Positions 28,173 through 38,777 of a stretch of DNA of 64,000 bases are shown piece after piece. The DNA lies in the NCBI GenBank assembly GCA_963735035.1, contig CAVTJJ010000003.1, forward strand, positions 160,001-224,000, read 5' to 3'. Each line of letters opens with the position of its first letter. The stretch's first letter is position 1. The notes beneath the pieces are model-generated. The model did not search any database and was not told the origin of the DNA. It saw only the letters and a program-made list of their open reading frames with translations. The position numbers and the translations under genes were made by a program. This stretch comes from an uncultured candidate division Zixibacteria bacterium. GTDB lineage: Bacteria > Zixibacteria > MSB-5A5 > GN15 > FEB-12.

Positions 28173-31100
28173 TTGGTCACGGATATCGGAACAAATGTTA
28201 ACTGGATCGCAAGAAACGAGATGAAGGGGGTTCGTGTGAAAGTAGCAAGTTTCCGAACGACCGTACTGGTCGTAGTGCTGTCAGGGCTGCCGACCGGCTT
28301 GACTTGGGCGGCCACAAATACTCGCGCCGACATTGCTGACGGTAAGCAGCTTGACAAGATCAACAGTTTCAATATCGGCCCGTATCAAACCGAACATCGT
28401 TCGGCTTATTCGAATCTGGAGTTCCCCACAGTCACACAGGCTGGATCCCGGCGTTCCTCGGTCGGTTCGGCACAGTCGCCGAATGCGGGCATAGGCGTCG
28501 GAGTCAGCGTCGACCTAACCTGGGATGACGCCCAGTGGAACTGGGGCGCAGGCCGCCGGATTGATCACTGGTGGAATGGTGCGATGGACGAAACAATGGA
28601 AGCGAGCGTACACTTTGCCTACACGGATATGCCAGACTCCGTCACAGGCTATCCGTATTCCACTACTGGTTACAACGTATACGACGCCGTCGTGACATCG
28701 GGTAACTGGCCGCGTGGACAGGACATTGGATGCGATCTGCAGGCGGCTGACACTATGGGCGCCGCCAGCAGTGTGAGCTTAGCCATTACTGCCAACGGCC
28801 GCGCAGTCATAAGTTCGCTGGCCCAGCATTTCCGCAGTTATCCCAGTGGCACGCGCCTGTATGACAACTTCATCTACTATCAGGGTGCGGAGTTCAACTG
28901 CACCTATGACCCGCGCTCCAACCTGAATGTCACCTGGGTTGATTCCACGGTCTACCGGCCACTCATGATGCAGAACACTTACGGTACTTACTCCCGCGAC
29001 CCTCAGGTGGCGACACAATGGGACGGCACCAATACGATCGTTCACCTCTTGCTCGGCGAGAGATCAGCCTCTTCTACCGACTTGTCCGGTGACGATTACG
29101 TCACGGGTCTGGGGTACTACACCTGGACTTACTTCCGCAAGGTGGGAAGTACTTCTGCCGGCACATGGAGTTCCGGTAAGATTATCGATTCGATCTGGTT
29201 TCCGTGGACAGAAATTGCGGCCGCACCGTACCCAAATTCGGGTGTGGCAGTCGTTTACACCAACCCGTCGTACTATGGGGCACTGCTGGATAACGGCTAT
29301 GATTTGGATGTCTGGTGTCGTGAATCATACGACCGAGGTGTGACTTGGTACGCCGCTTACAGTGTAACTGACTACCAGAACGCCATTGCAGGCCACCCAA
29401 ATCATTTTACGGCCTGGCTGGAAGCGGGCTGCATGTTCGACAGCGAAGGCGATTTGCACGTCTACTGGACCGCCAAGCCGACTTCGGCCGACCCATATTT
29501 CGACGGCTACGACTGGCAGGGATTTGACCAGAATCTGTACCATTGGGAGAAGACTAACGATGGTGGGACACCAGGCCTGGGTGACGCTATCAAAGTAGCC
29601 AACGGCACTTTCATGGATTACGACATGCTGACCGGCTCGATGAATACCTACGTGTGCGGCTTTGGCGGTGACAACGTTGGATACCTGGGCTGGATCACTA
29701 TGGGTGAATGCGACAACAAGTTGTATTTGGTTTGGTCGCAAATCCATGAGCGCGCCAACCGGTTCCCCTGGCGGGACGCCTCGACTCAACCTGCGCCGGG
29801 GGTACTGGACGATTGCTCTTACTCCGGCAATCGGATGGCGATGGCCAACTGGGAACTGATGATGTCCGTGGCAAGTATGTCGTCTTCCACGCTCTGGGAC
29901 AACGCGCGTAATATAACGAATACTTATACGCCGAACTGTGGTCTGGCGGGTGACCCCGAAGCAGAGCGGCTTTGTGGCTCGGAATGGAAACCGTCGCTGG
30001 AGCGCCAGGCTCTCGACGAAACCGGCCTTTCCCTTACCTGGCCGGCCGCGTCCGTTGTCGACCTGACACCGGAGGGTCAACCGGCTTACGCCGGCGGCCG
30101 CTATCTGAATATGGAATACATGGACGACCAGTTCCCCGGCCCGGCTTTCTGGGGCAGCCAGACCAATCCGCCCGGCACTGAGAACTCGATGAAATGGATA
30201 CGTCTGGCCTGCGTCGAACCGATCGAGGCCTCTCAGATCGCCGTGTACCCTGAGTCTATCGAATGGCCCGAGTGGGTGGAATTGGGGACGTCCAAGAATT
30301 TCACAATCACGGTTGTGAATAACGGCAACGTCACATTGAATGTAGTTGAGATCGGCACTGCGGGCGGTTCCTGGCTCGATGTGTCGCAGCATCCGACCCT
30401 AGGAAGCCCATTTACGGTTACCTCCGGCGTTGTCCGGACGCGGACGTTTGATCTGATAGTCAATGCTGCCGCTCTGTCACAGAATCAGTGGCTGGACGGC
30501 CAGATCTGGTTGAAATCCGATGCTGCTAATATCGATTCGATGCCGCTTCTTGTCCACGTCCTGGCCGCGGCTAATGTTGAGAATATCCGATGGGACACGG
30601 TCACCACTCACCAGAATATGTTTGACCCGTTCTTTGAGCCCGTGGGCGCTTGTGTCGCCCTGGCCGTCGGTAATAACGGCGAGTTTGGCTGGGGCGCCGG
30701 CTCCAGCGGCCGAGTCAACCTGGATTACAGCGAATCGGGGCTAGAATGCGGCACGAGAGAACGAGACGCTTTCTACCTGGCAAGCGCCACGCCGTTTACG
30801 ATTATGGCGACGAACTCATCCGGCACCGGATCGGAACTGACACAGGTCACTAACGATCCCAACCAGGCCGATGAAACCGGTTTCGATCCCACCCCGTATA
30901 TGACCATAACCGGGGGCCAGACTGCAAGCGGAAAGTATGACTCCGTTTACACCGGCAAGTTCGTCAATCGTGACACGACTATCGCCATGGAGCGAATCGT
31001 GTATGGCCCACGCTCGGCAACACCGCAATCCTCCACGCTAAACTTTGTGGTTGCCCTGACGAAAGTATATTCGGCCGACGGCGCTGCTCACAATCACGTT

Positions 31101-33458
31101 ACGGTCGGCAATGTGTGCGATTGGGATGTACCGTCGGACAGTGCACCATACAATACAACCGGAATATCATCCGCCGGATTCCTTTATGTCCAGGGCACTG
31201 ATACGGTTGGCCACACCGCCTGCCAGCAGAACGTGACCCGCTATGCGACCGAGGCGTTTGGCGGCGGATACACTAAGGCTCAGTACAACGCTGATCAGTG
31301 TACAAATGATCCGAATGCATATTTCGGTGTCAATGCGGCGAGTCAGTTGATCATGGTGGACACGACGCATTATCGTAACGGCACGCCTCTCGTTCCGGCC
31401 CAGCCAAACCCCACGCTTTGGTGGGACATAACAAGTGTTCCAGGGTTGAACGCCGATGCGATGTCTCAGGATCAGGCACTATGGTTGACGTACAAGCAGG
31501 ATTACAATCTAATAGCGTCCGATACCCTCTACTACTGGACGGTACTGTCGACCGTCCGCAACGGCTCCCTAGCTGATCTCGAAAGTCAGGTGGCCTATGC
31601 CAAGACCTGGTACAGGGAAACTGTTCGTGGCTGTGAAATTGGCTGCTGCAATGAAAGGGTAGGCAACTCCAACGGTGATGGCGGCGAAATGCCGACGATC
31701 GGTGACATCAGTGTAATGATCGATGCCAAGTTCATTACCAGTGCCTGCATTGAATCTGGCCTCGGCGCTAATATAAAATGTCTAGGTGAAGCGGATATGA
31801 ACCTTTCGGGAGGCTCTAACCCAGCCTGTTGCGACATTACACTCGTAGACATCTCGATGTTGGTCGACGACTTGTTCCTCACGCGAGAGCCACCTTATGT
31901 AAGGAACTTATGCGCAAGTGACCAAATCAAACGTACCGAAGAAAGCCTTGCCAGGCCCTATTTGGGGGTCATTTCAATCGACGACGTCAGCAATCAGATC
32001 AGTCCTACGCAGTTGCGTGCCGGCTCCACTCATACGGTATCATTAAGGTATGATTTCAGAGGGCTTACCGGTCCATATCGCTGGCAAACGTCAAACGCCT
32101 ATGAAGTGTATTCGCCCGATGGCGCGGACTGGGTAGATCTCTTGAGAGGAGATGGTCCGCTTATGACCACTCTTGGACAGAACGTCGCAAGATTCCGAAA
32201 GTACTACACATCGACCGACAACGGTGTCCACTACACTCGGACCGCAGCAAACGGCGCAGTTCAGCCTGGCGGGAGCAGCAACTCCAATAGCCGTGCAGCC
32301 TATTCAATCGTAGTTGTGGACGTTGACGGCACTGATGGTTTTGTCGGTGGTGTAAGCAACGGTATCGCCGTCACACTCGAATTCCAGACGCGTTTGGCAG
32401 ACGTAGGTCGGCACATGTGTATTGACACAACCAATTCTTGCGACATGGTGGCTTGGGAATGGGCATCAGCCTCTCAGGCTGACTACCCGCAATGGGACAA
32501 CGGCCTGGGTGTCAGCGGCCCACGCTGCTTTGAATTGGTAGATTCCCTGCTGGCTCCGCTGGGAGACGCCGACATCACGCGGGAAGCCGAATGCGCTCAT
32601 GTGGGAAACATTGGTTCTTCCGGAAACGATGGTGCCCGAGTATTCCCGTCAGGCGACGGGTCTTCGGGCGGAATTCGTACGCAGCTTGAGAACGTGCTTC
32701 TGGATAACGCGGGTGACGGCATTCACTTCAAGCTTCATGGGTATGTCAGCGAGCCGGGGAAATCGGAACTGAGCGGTATCACGACGCTCCAGGAAGTAGG
32801 CATGGCGGGAGTCACCAATGTCAACGGCCAGATTCAGATTACGGCCAATTTCAATCCGATCGGTGATCCCAACGTCGAGTTCCGAGCCTGGGTATTGGCC
32901 GCTAATCTCATGACGGGTCTCGCATCCGTGCCTGGCGGCGGCGTCATAGCGCAAGGGACGGCGGTATCAGGAAGCGCCAGCGTGGTTAACGTATCGCAGT
33001 TGGCCAACAATCCACCTTCATTCTCAATCAGATTCGACCGGCCCGTGCAATTCACCCTGGCGACAAACCCGCCGGTGCAATTGGCGGGCGACGAAATTCA
33101 CCTCGTCGCGACTAACGCCACCAGCTCCATAGCCGGTCTCGGTCCGGCCGATGTCACCGGCGAATACATAGGTTGGTTCGGAATGTGTGGTATCAAGACC
33201 GACGCTTGCTGTCTCGGTTTTGTCGGTAACGCCAACATGGATCCAACTGACGCCGTTACGATAGGTGACATTTCAGTCTTGATCGACAACCTGTTCATCT
33301 CCGGCGTGCCTTTGAATTGTCTTGAAGAAGCCGACGTCAATAGATCCGGAACGCTGCTTGATCCACCTCTTGGTCCGGAGGATATTACGATCGGCGACAT
33401 TTCGATACTGATCGACCATCTGTTCGTTTCACAGTTGGCCGTATCCTTATGTCCATAG
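28173..33458 (+). CDS. Large secreted multi-domain protein with two dockerin-like modules
   Basis: 1761-aa ORF (likely start 28221 or 28236), signal peptide, Asp-box-like ESYDRGVTW, Ig-like ITVVNNGNVTL, and dockerin-like modules at ~31644 and ~33207. Confidence 0.85.
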   Translation: MVTDIGTNVNWIARNEMKGVRVKVASFRTTVLVVVLSGLPTGLTWAATNTRADIADGKQLDKINSFNIGPYQTEHRSAYSNLEFPTVTQAGSRRSSVGSAQSPNAGIGVGVSVDLTWDDAQWNWGAGRRIDHWWNGAMDETMEASVHFAYTDMPDSVTGYPYSTTGYNVYDAVVTSGNWPRGQDIGCDLQAADTMGAASSVSLAITANGRAVISSLAQHFRSYPSGTRLYDNFIYYQGAEFNCTYDPRSNLNVTWVDSTVYRPLMMQNTYGTYSRDPQVATQWDGTNTIVHLLLGERSASSTDLSGDDYVTGLGYYTWTYFRKVGSTSAGTWSSGKIIDSIWFPWTEIAAAPYPNSGVAVVYTNPSYYGALLDNGYDLDVWCRESYDRGVTWYAAYSVTDYQNAIAGHPNHFTAWLEAGCMFDSEGDLHVYWTAKPTSADPYFDGYDWQGFDQNLYHWEKTNDGGTPGLGDAIKVANGTFMDYDMLTGSMNTYVCGFGGDNVGYLGWITMGECDNKLYLVWSQIHERANRFPWRDASTQPAPGVLDDCSYSGNRMAMANWELMMSVASMSSSTLWDNARNITNTYTPNCGLAGDPEAERLCGSEWKPSLERQALDETGLSLTWPAASVVDLTPEGQPAYAGGRYLNMEYMDDQFPGPAFWGSQTNPPGTENSMKWIRLACVEPIEASQIAVYPESIEWPEWVELGTSKNFTITVVNNGNVTLNVVEIGTAGGSWLDVSQHPTLGSPFTVTSGVVRTRTFDLIVNAAALSQNQWLDGQIWLKSDAANIDSMPLLVHVLAAANVENIRWDTVTTHQNMFDPFFEPVGACVALAVGNNGEFGWGAGSSGRVNLDYSESGLECGTRERDAFYLASATPFTIMATNSSGTGSELTQVTNDPNQADETGFDPTPYMTITGGQTASGKYDSVYTGKFVNRDTTIAMERIVYGPRSATPQSSTLNFVVALTKVYSADGAAHNHVTVGNVCDWDVPSDSAPYNTTGISSAGFLYVQGTDTVGHTACQQNVTRYATEAFGGGYTKAQYNADQCTNDPNAYFGVNAASQLIMVDTTHYRNGTPLVPAQPNPTLWWDITSVPGLNADAMSQDQALWLTYKQDYNLIASDTLYYWTVLSTVRNGSLADLESQVAYAKTWYRETVRGCEIGCCNERVGNSNGDGGEMPTIGDISVMIDAKFITSACIESGLGANIKCLGEADMNLSGGSNPACCDITLVDISMLVDDLFLTREPPYVRNLCASDQIKRTEESLARPYLGVISIDDVSNQISPTQLRAGSTHTVSLRYDFRGLTGPYRWQTSNAYEVYSPDGADWVDLLRGDGPLMTTLGQNVARFRKYYTSTDNGVHYTRTAANGAVQPGGSSNSNSRAAYSIVVVDVDGTDGFVGGVSNGIAVTLEFQTRLADVGRHMCIDTTNSCDMVAWEWASASQADYPQWDNGLGVSGPRCFELVDSLLAPLGDADITREAECAHVGNIGSSGNDGARVFPSGDGSSGGIRTQLENVLLDNAGDGIHFKLHGYVSEPGKSELSGITTLQEVGMAGVTNVNGQIQITANFNPIGDPNVEFRAWVLAANLMTGLASVPGGGVIAQGTAVSGSASVVNVSQLANNPPSFSIRFDRPVQFTLATNPPVQLAGDEIHLVATNATSSIAGLGPADVTGEYIGWFGMCGIKTDACCLGFVGNANMDPTDAVTIGDISVLIDNLFISGVPLNCLEEADVNRSGTLLDPPLGPEDITIGDISILIDHLFVSQLAVSLCP

Positions 33459-33488
33459 AACCAGGTAGGAATAGCTGTTAGACTGATC

Positions 33489-33520
33489 GGCCGCCTCGTG
33501 TGATTCACGGGGCGGCCTTT
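33489..33520. terminator. Terminator between convergent genes
   Basis: GGCCGCCTCGTG...CACGGGGCGGCC-TTT. Confidence 0.7.
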
Positions 33521-33522
33521 GA

Positions 33523-34920
33523 TTATTGACGACTGCTGAGGCGGGCGAGTCCGTCTAACGCCGCGACTTTATACGCTTCAGCCAGAGTGGGATAATTGAA
33601 GACAGTCTCTATGAAATAGTCGAGATTGCCGCCCAGAGACATCACTGCCTGACCGATATGAATCAGCTCGGTAGCCCGTTCACCAATAATATGCACGCCG
33701 AGAATCCTTTTGGTGCCGGGTTCGAAAAGAATTTTCAGCATGCCGTCATGATCGTTAATAATCTGGCCTCGTGCCAGTTCATAGTAGCGAGCGGTACCGA
33801 CCGCATAGTCCTGGCCGGCGGCGGCCAGCGCCTGTTCGGTCTCCCCTACGATTGAGACTGCTGGAATGGTGTAGATACCAAACGGAAGCAGACTGTTCAG
33901 GCATGAGATGTCCCCCTTGCTGAAAGCATGCCGTGCCGCCAGACGACCCTGATCCATCGAGACCGACGCGAGCGACGGGAACCCGATGACGTCTCCCACA
34001 GCATAGATGTTTTCCACGGCGGTCTGGTACCATTCGTTGACTTTGATAAGCCCACGGCCGTCGGTTTCTATCCCGAGTGCCTCCAGCCCCAATCCCTCGA
34101 CGTTGCCGCATCGGCCGACTGCGAAGAGCAGGCGATCCGAGACGATCCGTCGTCCGGTGCGCAGCACCGTGACTGTTTGATCGTTTTCCACCGAGATCTT
34201 GTCGGCCTGCTCATTCAGGACCAGCGACACCCCATACTTGCGCATCAAGAACGAAAGGGCCTGGGCGATCTCATTGTCCAAGAACGGCAGAAGACGATCG
34301 CGGCTGTCGATAATCGTCACCTGAATCCCGAGATGCGAAAAGATCGAGGCATATTCACAGCCTACGACTCCGCCCCCGATAACGGTCAGCGAACGCGGGA
34401 TGATGTCCAGGTCGAGAATCGTTTCGGCGTCGTACACATACTTGCCGTCGAAATTGATATTATCCGGTCGAAATGAACGAGTCCCAGTGGCTATGATGAT
34501 CTTGTTTGCCTTGAGCAGCGGCGCGGAATCCTGACCTATGACCTGCACCGTCTGCGGATCGACAATCCGGCCATCACCGTAGATAACCTCGATTCCCAAC
34601 CGCGTCATGCTTTGCTGGATGATTTCAAGCTCTTCCCGGATGACCTGATCTTTGCGGTACATAAGTTCCCGGGGCGTGACGTTCAGATTAGCCGGCGGCA
34701 GGAAGTTATAGACCGAACGCTGGCGCAGACCGGCGATATAGACAACCGTTTCGCGCAGGGTCTTGGACGGAATCGTGCCGGTATGGAGGCAAACGCCTCC
34801 CTGGACGGAGCGACGTTCCACAAGGGCTACGCTCTTGTGCAGTTTGGCGGCTTCGTTCGCGGCTTTCTCACCGGCCGGGCCGGAGCCTATGATGACCAGA
34901 TCGTATTCTTTGTGCGCCAT
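33523..34920 (-). CDS. sthA: Soluble pyridine nucleotide transhydrogenase
   Basis: IGSGPAG, GGVCLHTGTIPSKTLRE (CxxxxT), IGFPSLAS and VFNYPTLAEAYKVAA motifs. Confidence 0.92.
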   Translation of the reverse strand: MAHKEYDLVIIGSGPAGEKAANEAAKLHKSVALVERRSVQGGVCLHTGTIPSKTLRETVVYIAGLRQRSVYNFLPPANLNVTPRELMYRKDQVIREELEIIQQSMTRLGIEVIYGDGRIVDPQTVQVIGQDSAPLLKANKIIIATGTRSFRPDNINFDGKYVYDAETILDLDIIPRSLTVIGGGVVGCEYASIFSHLGIQVTIIDSRDRLLPFLDNEIAQALSFLMRKYGVSLVLNEQADKISVENDQTVTVLRTGRRIVSDRLLFAVGRCGNVEGLGLEALGIETDGRGLIKVNEWYQTAVENIYAVGDVIGFPSLASVSMDQGRLAARHAFSKGDISCLNSLLPFGIYTIPAVSIVGETEQALAAAGQDYAVGTARYYELARGQIINDHDGMLKILFEPGTKRILGVHIIGERATELIHIGQAVMSLGGNLDYFIETVFNYPTLAEAYKVAALDGLARLSSRQ

Positions 34921-34956
34921 ATAAGTAATCCTACGCGACCAATTCGCAAATAAGAC

Positions 34957-36042
34957 TTACACTGAGCCTGCGTCGCTTATATCGACCGGTGCTCCGGTCG
35001 CTACCGCCGTTCCGGTGCCCGGCTGTTTCAGTCTCTCGACCTGAAGCCGAATCTGATCCAGCTCCAGTTTCGCTTTGTCAAACGCCGCAGTCAGAGTTCG
35101 CAGAGAACTTTCCATCCGAGTGTGCAACCGGGCCAGTTGCTCGGAAGTTTCAAAGAGCTGGTCGATTCCGGCGCGGAGCTGCCGACCGCTTTCGCTCATT
35201 TCGAGGCTGCTTGCGGAAATTTCCGAATGCAAGGCGGCCACGGTAGCGAGAAAAGCATATAGATGTCCGGGCGAACTCGGAATGACCCGTTTCGACAGCG
35301 CGTACTCGAAACCATCCTGATAGAGCTGCGAGATCAACTGATAGTAAATCGCTTCCGCCGGTATGTACATGACCGCGAAATCGAGCGTATGATCAGTCGG
35401 ACGGATATACTTGGCTGCGATGTCGTCGATGTGTTTGCGCAACGACTGCGAGAAGAGCTTTTGTAATGCGGCGTTGTCGGGCTCTTTCTGAAGGCGTTCG
35501 AAAGCTTCCAGCGGAAACTTAGCATCGATAGGCAAGAGGCGATCTGACAGCCTTACGACGGCATCGACTCGGAGCCCGTCGGCAAAACGATATTGTGTCT
35601 CGTACACCGCCGGCGGCAAAATCTGGCCGAGGATATTTTCCAAGAGCAGTTCTCCTACCGCGCCCCGCAGTTGCGGCGGTCGCAGCAGGTCGGACAGCGA
35701 CTGGATGTTCTTGCCGATGGCTTCGATATTTCCCGCCTGCATGGAAAGCTTGCCCAGTTGCCCTTCGAGCTCTCCCAACACCGCCATACGGCGATCAAGA
35801 CTAGAGGTGCCCTCGGCGAGCCGATCATTGATTATGCGATTGGCGGCGTCGACCGAATCGCGTAACGCAAAGATCGATTCAGTCTGCCGCGAAATGAGAT
35901 CAGCCTTCAGCAAGGCCATGGTGGATTCGATGCGTTCGGTGACCCGATCGGAATTTTCGGGTCGAATCCGAATGGCTATCCAGAACAGTACAAGAAGAAT
36001 ACAAAAACCGAGGATGAACAGAACGGAGGTCGGTATTTCCAC
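34957..36042 (-). CDS. rmuC: DNA recombination protein RmuC
   Basis: N-terminal TM, RGAVGELLLE, LPIDAKFP, KYI, and FAVMYIPAEAIY. Confidence 0.9.
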   Translation of the reverse strand: MEIPTSVLFILGFCILLVLFWIAIRIRPENSDRVTERIESTMALLKADLISRQTESIFALRDSVDAANRIINDRLAEGTSSLDRRMAVLGELEGQLGKLSMQAGNIEAIGKNIQSLSDLLRPPQLRGAVGELLLENILGQILPPAVYETQYRFADGLRVDAVVRLSDRLLPIDAKFPLEAFERLQKEPDNAALQKLFSQSLRKHIDDIAAKYIRPTDHTLDFAVMYIPAEAIYYQLISQLYQDGFEYALSKRVIPSSPGHLYAFLATVAALHSEISASSLEMSESGRQLRAGIDQLFETSEQLARLHTRMESSLRTLTAAFDKAKLELDQIRLQVERLKQPGTGTAVATGAPVDISDAGSV

Positions 36043-36055
36043 GCCGCGCCCTCGC

Positions 36056-37648
36056 TCACATCGGCAGCATGCGGTACTGCCCCTTCTGAGGAAGAATCCC
36101 GTTGAAAGCCGTCTTGCGGAACCGCACGGTCACCTTCTTTTGACCGGCGTCGAAGTATCCCTCCGACGGTGAAATACCGCAGATGTACTTGGCCAGGAGA
36201 AGGTTCGTGGCGTAATCGTACAGACCGGCCTCATTCTGATCGAAGCGAAGGCCAAAACGGTATCCCTGGAATTTCTGCTTATCACCGTATTGGTTTTCGA
36301 ACAACATCGAAACCTGTCCCTTAAGACCGTCGACCAACCCGAAAACCAGATTACCCTGGCAGAGCGTGTCCTTGGGATCCGCCGCAAATTCAAACGCGAG
36401 CCAGTCACCGTCATCGTATACAACTTCCCGACCGTCTTTGATCAGGGTCTGTTTACGATCTCCAACGCCCGCCAGAGCCATCTCGCTCTGTTGCTCGTAC
36501 TTCGTCAGGTATGCCTCGAACTCGGTCTTCAGTGCTTGCCAGTCTGCTACTTTTGTAACCGCCAGGATTTCAGCTTGAATATCGGGCGTGGTAAGCCCGT
36601 TCAGGCGGTCGAAGGGACCGGAAAGCCGACGATACAAATCGAGACAGCCGTCCATGCCGAGCTTGTCTTCAATGAAGGAATTAAATAGCCCGGCCACCGG
36701 ATAAGCGATATCAGCTCCCGAGGCGGTATCGAAACCGCGCATCGTAAAGATCGAATCCATGACGACCAGCGAATCCCTATAGAGAAAAACCGCCAGGTCC
36801 ATGAGCGGGGCTGGACCTTTTCCCCAGCGACCGGCCAGACTCGTAGCCAGACCTTCACGAAGGAACGGTAGAGTGTAGAGCGGCAGCTCCTGAAGACGAA
36901 TGTTTATCAACAAATGGGTCAGTTCGTGGAAGTGCGGAAAATCGGAAGAAATAACGTCATTGGAAGCAAGGTCCAGCGTGCCCACCACCCGGAACCCGGT
37001 CAGTTGCTCAACGACACTATCCGAAGGACAAAGAAAGTACTCAATCTTTGAAGCGGCGATTTGCTGCAAGAGCGAATCCGATATTCCTAATCTCTTAGCG
37101 GTCTGTTCTATGAAACGGTCGGCCTCAGCCAGAGAGACCGGATTCACGAATTTCCGGGCATCCTGATGAGCCCGAACCCGGAAATAGCGAGATTCCGTGA
37201 TCGGCCACGAGGCGGCATAGAAGTCCTGCGGAAAGCTGAACCAGAGCCAGTCACCTCTACGCTGCAGATAGTAATTGTACTTCATCAAAGTGCTGCCGTA
37301 TACGTCGGCGTACTCCAGACGATACCAGGCAGTTGAATCGAGGTCCTCGTACTTGCGGATGGATGCGGCGAGGTTGGGCTTGGCCTGATCGGGCATACGA
37401 ATGATGGGCGAATTACAGTCGGCCTTGATGCTGATATCGGTATAGTGAATGCCGAACCGGGATGAACGCTCAATGGCTTCGGGAGTCCACATATCTCCGG
37501 CGATGTCGTAGCTCCCGCTTGTGATAAGATCGAAATACTCGGATATGACCGGAATCGCGTCGCGGTAAGACTCATCGGCGGCCCCGGCGGTCACGGCTGC
37601 GGCGAGCCCGAAAGCGATCACGAAACCGAGTTGCTGCAATCTTGACAT
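36056..37648 (-). CDS. Secreted hypothetical protein with a gluzincin-like motif
   Basis: Signal peptide; HELTH followed by FLREGLA. Confidence 0.7.
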   Translation of the reverse strand: MSRLQQLGFVIAFGLAAAVTAGAADESYRDAIPVISEYFDLITSGSYDIAGDMWTPEAIERSSRFGIHYTDISIKADCNSPIIRMPDQAKPNLAASIRKYEDLDSTAWYRLEYADVYGSTLMKYNYYLQRRGDWLWFSFPQDFYAASWPITESRYFRVRAHQDARKFVNPVSLAEADRFIEQTAKRLGISDSLLQQIAASKIEYFLCPSDSVVEQLTGFRVVGTLDLASNDVISSDFPHFHELTHLLINIRLQELPLYTLPFLREGLATSLAGRWGKGPAPLMDLAVFLYRDSLVVMDSIFTMRGFDTASGADIAYPVAGLFNSFIEDKLGMDGCLDLYRRLSGPFDRLNGLTTPDIQAEILAVTKVADWQALKTEFEAYLTKYEQQSEMALAGVGDRKQTLIKDGREVVYDDGDWLAFEFAADPKDTLCQGNLVFGLVDGLKGQVSMLFENQYGDKQKFQGYRFGLRFDQNEAGLYDYATNLLLAKYICGISPSEGYFDAGQKKVTVRFRKTAFNGILPQKGQYRMLPM

Positions 37649-37719
37649 GACTGATTACCCTATAGTGAATCGTTGGCGCCTATAATACAACTTTGTACCC
37701 ATCCTGTCCACTACCGATC

Positions 37720-37748
37720 AAAAAAAAGCCCCGCGGAGCGGGGCTTTT
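37720..37748 (-). terminator. Intrinsic terminator of the TonB operon
   Basis: AAAAGCCCCGC-GGA-GCGGGGCTTTT with an A8 run. Confidence 0.85.
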
Positions 37749-37766
37749 GATTTCAATACCCGACGG

Positions 37767-38765
37767 TTAGAAAGTGAAACCGACCGAGAATCGCTGGGTC
37801 GATTCGAGCCGTCCGAAGTCCTGCCAGGCATAGTCGATGATCAGCTTGGTGTCCTCCCCCAGAGGGGCAATCACACCGCCACCCAGGGCCAGGCCCTGCT
37901 CTTCGTAGCGGAATTTGTAGCCGCCACGAAGGAAGAACCGATCGAGATAGCCGAATTCGGCACCCATAGCGCCCCGCTGCTGACCGTCGTTCGGGTCGTT
38001 CAATTCGGCCGCGAGCGTTAGAGCCGAGGAGTTCCCGAATTCGAAGTCATAGGCCATGCCTACCCGGAACGTGAGCGGCAGACTGTAGGGACGGGTGGAT
38101 AATTCGCCCGTAATTGGGGCACTGGTCGTATCGCCGCTGTCGTCGTACCAACCGACTTTCAGGCTAGAGCCGGTGAACTTCAGGTCAGGCCCCATATTGC
38201 TGATCGACATACCGATCCGCAATGATCTGAAGCCGGTGTACAGCATGGTCCCGAAATCGAGTCCAAAACCGCTCGAGTTGACCTCGCCGATCTCCTCGCC
38301 CACATACTTGGCCGACATACCAAACGCAAACCGACTGGTCAACTGCCGGGCAAAAGACATCCCGATGGCGTACGAAGACACCCGGTAGCTGCTGCCGGTG
38401 CCCTCCTGCTGGGCGATCGTCGTGATCTCCTGATCTTTGGCCGAGAGAATTGCGACCGAAGTGCCGAACACACCCACGTCTTCGAAGGAATGGGCTACGG
38501 CGACATAGTTCATTTGAATATCCAGAAGCCAGTCGATGTTGGTGAAGACTAGCGACCAGTTGTCGACTCCGACCAGCCCGGCCGGATTCCAGTACGCGGC
38601 ATAGGCGTCGGTCGCAGTCACAACTCCGATGTCGGCCATTCCGAGATACTTCGAACCCATGCCGATCTTGAGAAACTGCGCTCCGGCGGAGCCACCGCTG
38701 TTACTGGCGGCTATCACCGATCCGGCCAGCATCACACATATCAGAAGGCTAATTAGGGTTTTCAC
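37767..38765 (-). CDS. PorV/PorQ-family outer-membrane barrel protein
   Basis: AGAQFLKIGMG, YWNPAGL, SISNMGP, LPLTFRVG and C-terminal RFSVGFTF. Confidence 0.85.
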   Translation of the reverse strand: MKTLISLLICVMLAGSVIAASNSGGSAGAQFLKIGMGSKYLGMADIGVVTATDAYAAYWNPAGLVGVDNWSLVFTNIDWLLDIQMNYVAVAHSFEDVGVFGTSVAILSAKDQEITTIAQQEGTGSSYRVSSYAIGMSFARQLTSRFAFGMSAKYVGEEIGEVNSSGFGLDFGTMLYTGFRSLRIGMSISNMGPDLKFTGSSLKVGWYDDSGDTTSAPITGELSTRPYSLPLTFRVGMAYDFEFGNSSALTLAAELNDPNDGQQRGAMGAEFGYLDRFFLRGGYKFRYEEQGLALGGGVIAPLGEDTKLIIDYAWQDFGRLESTQRFSVGFTF

Positions 38766-38777
38766 ACCGTGCCTCCT

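Noticed and set aside
33523..34920. Degenerate dihydrolipoamide dehydrogenase lacking a redox Cys
   Set aside because: CxxxxT is the normal SthA signature.
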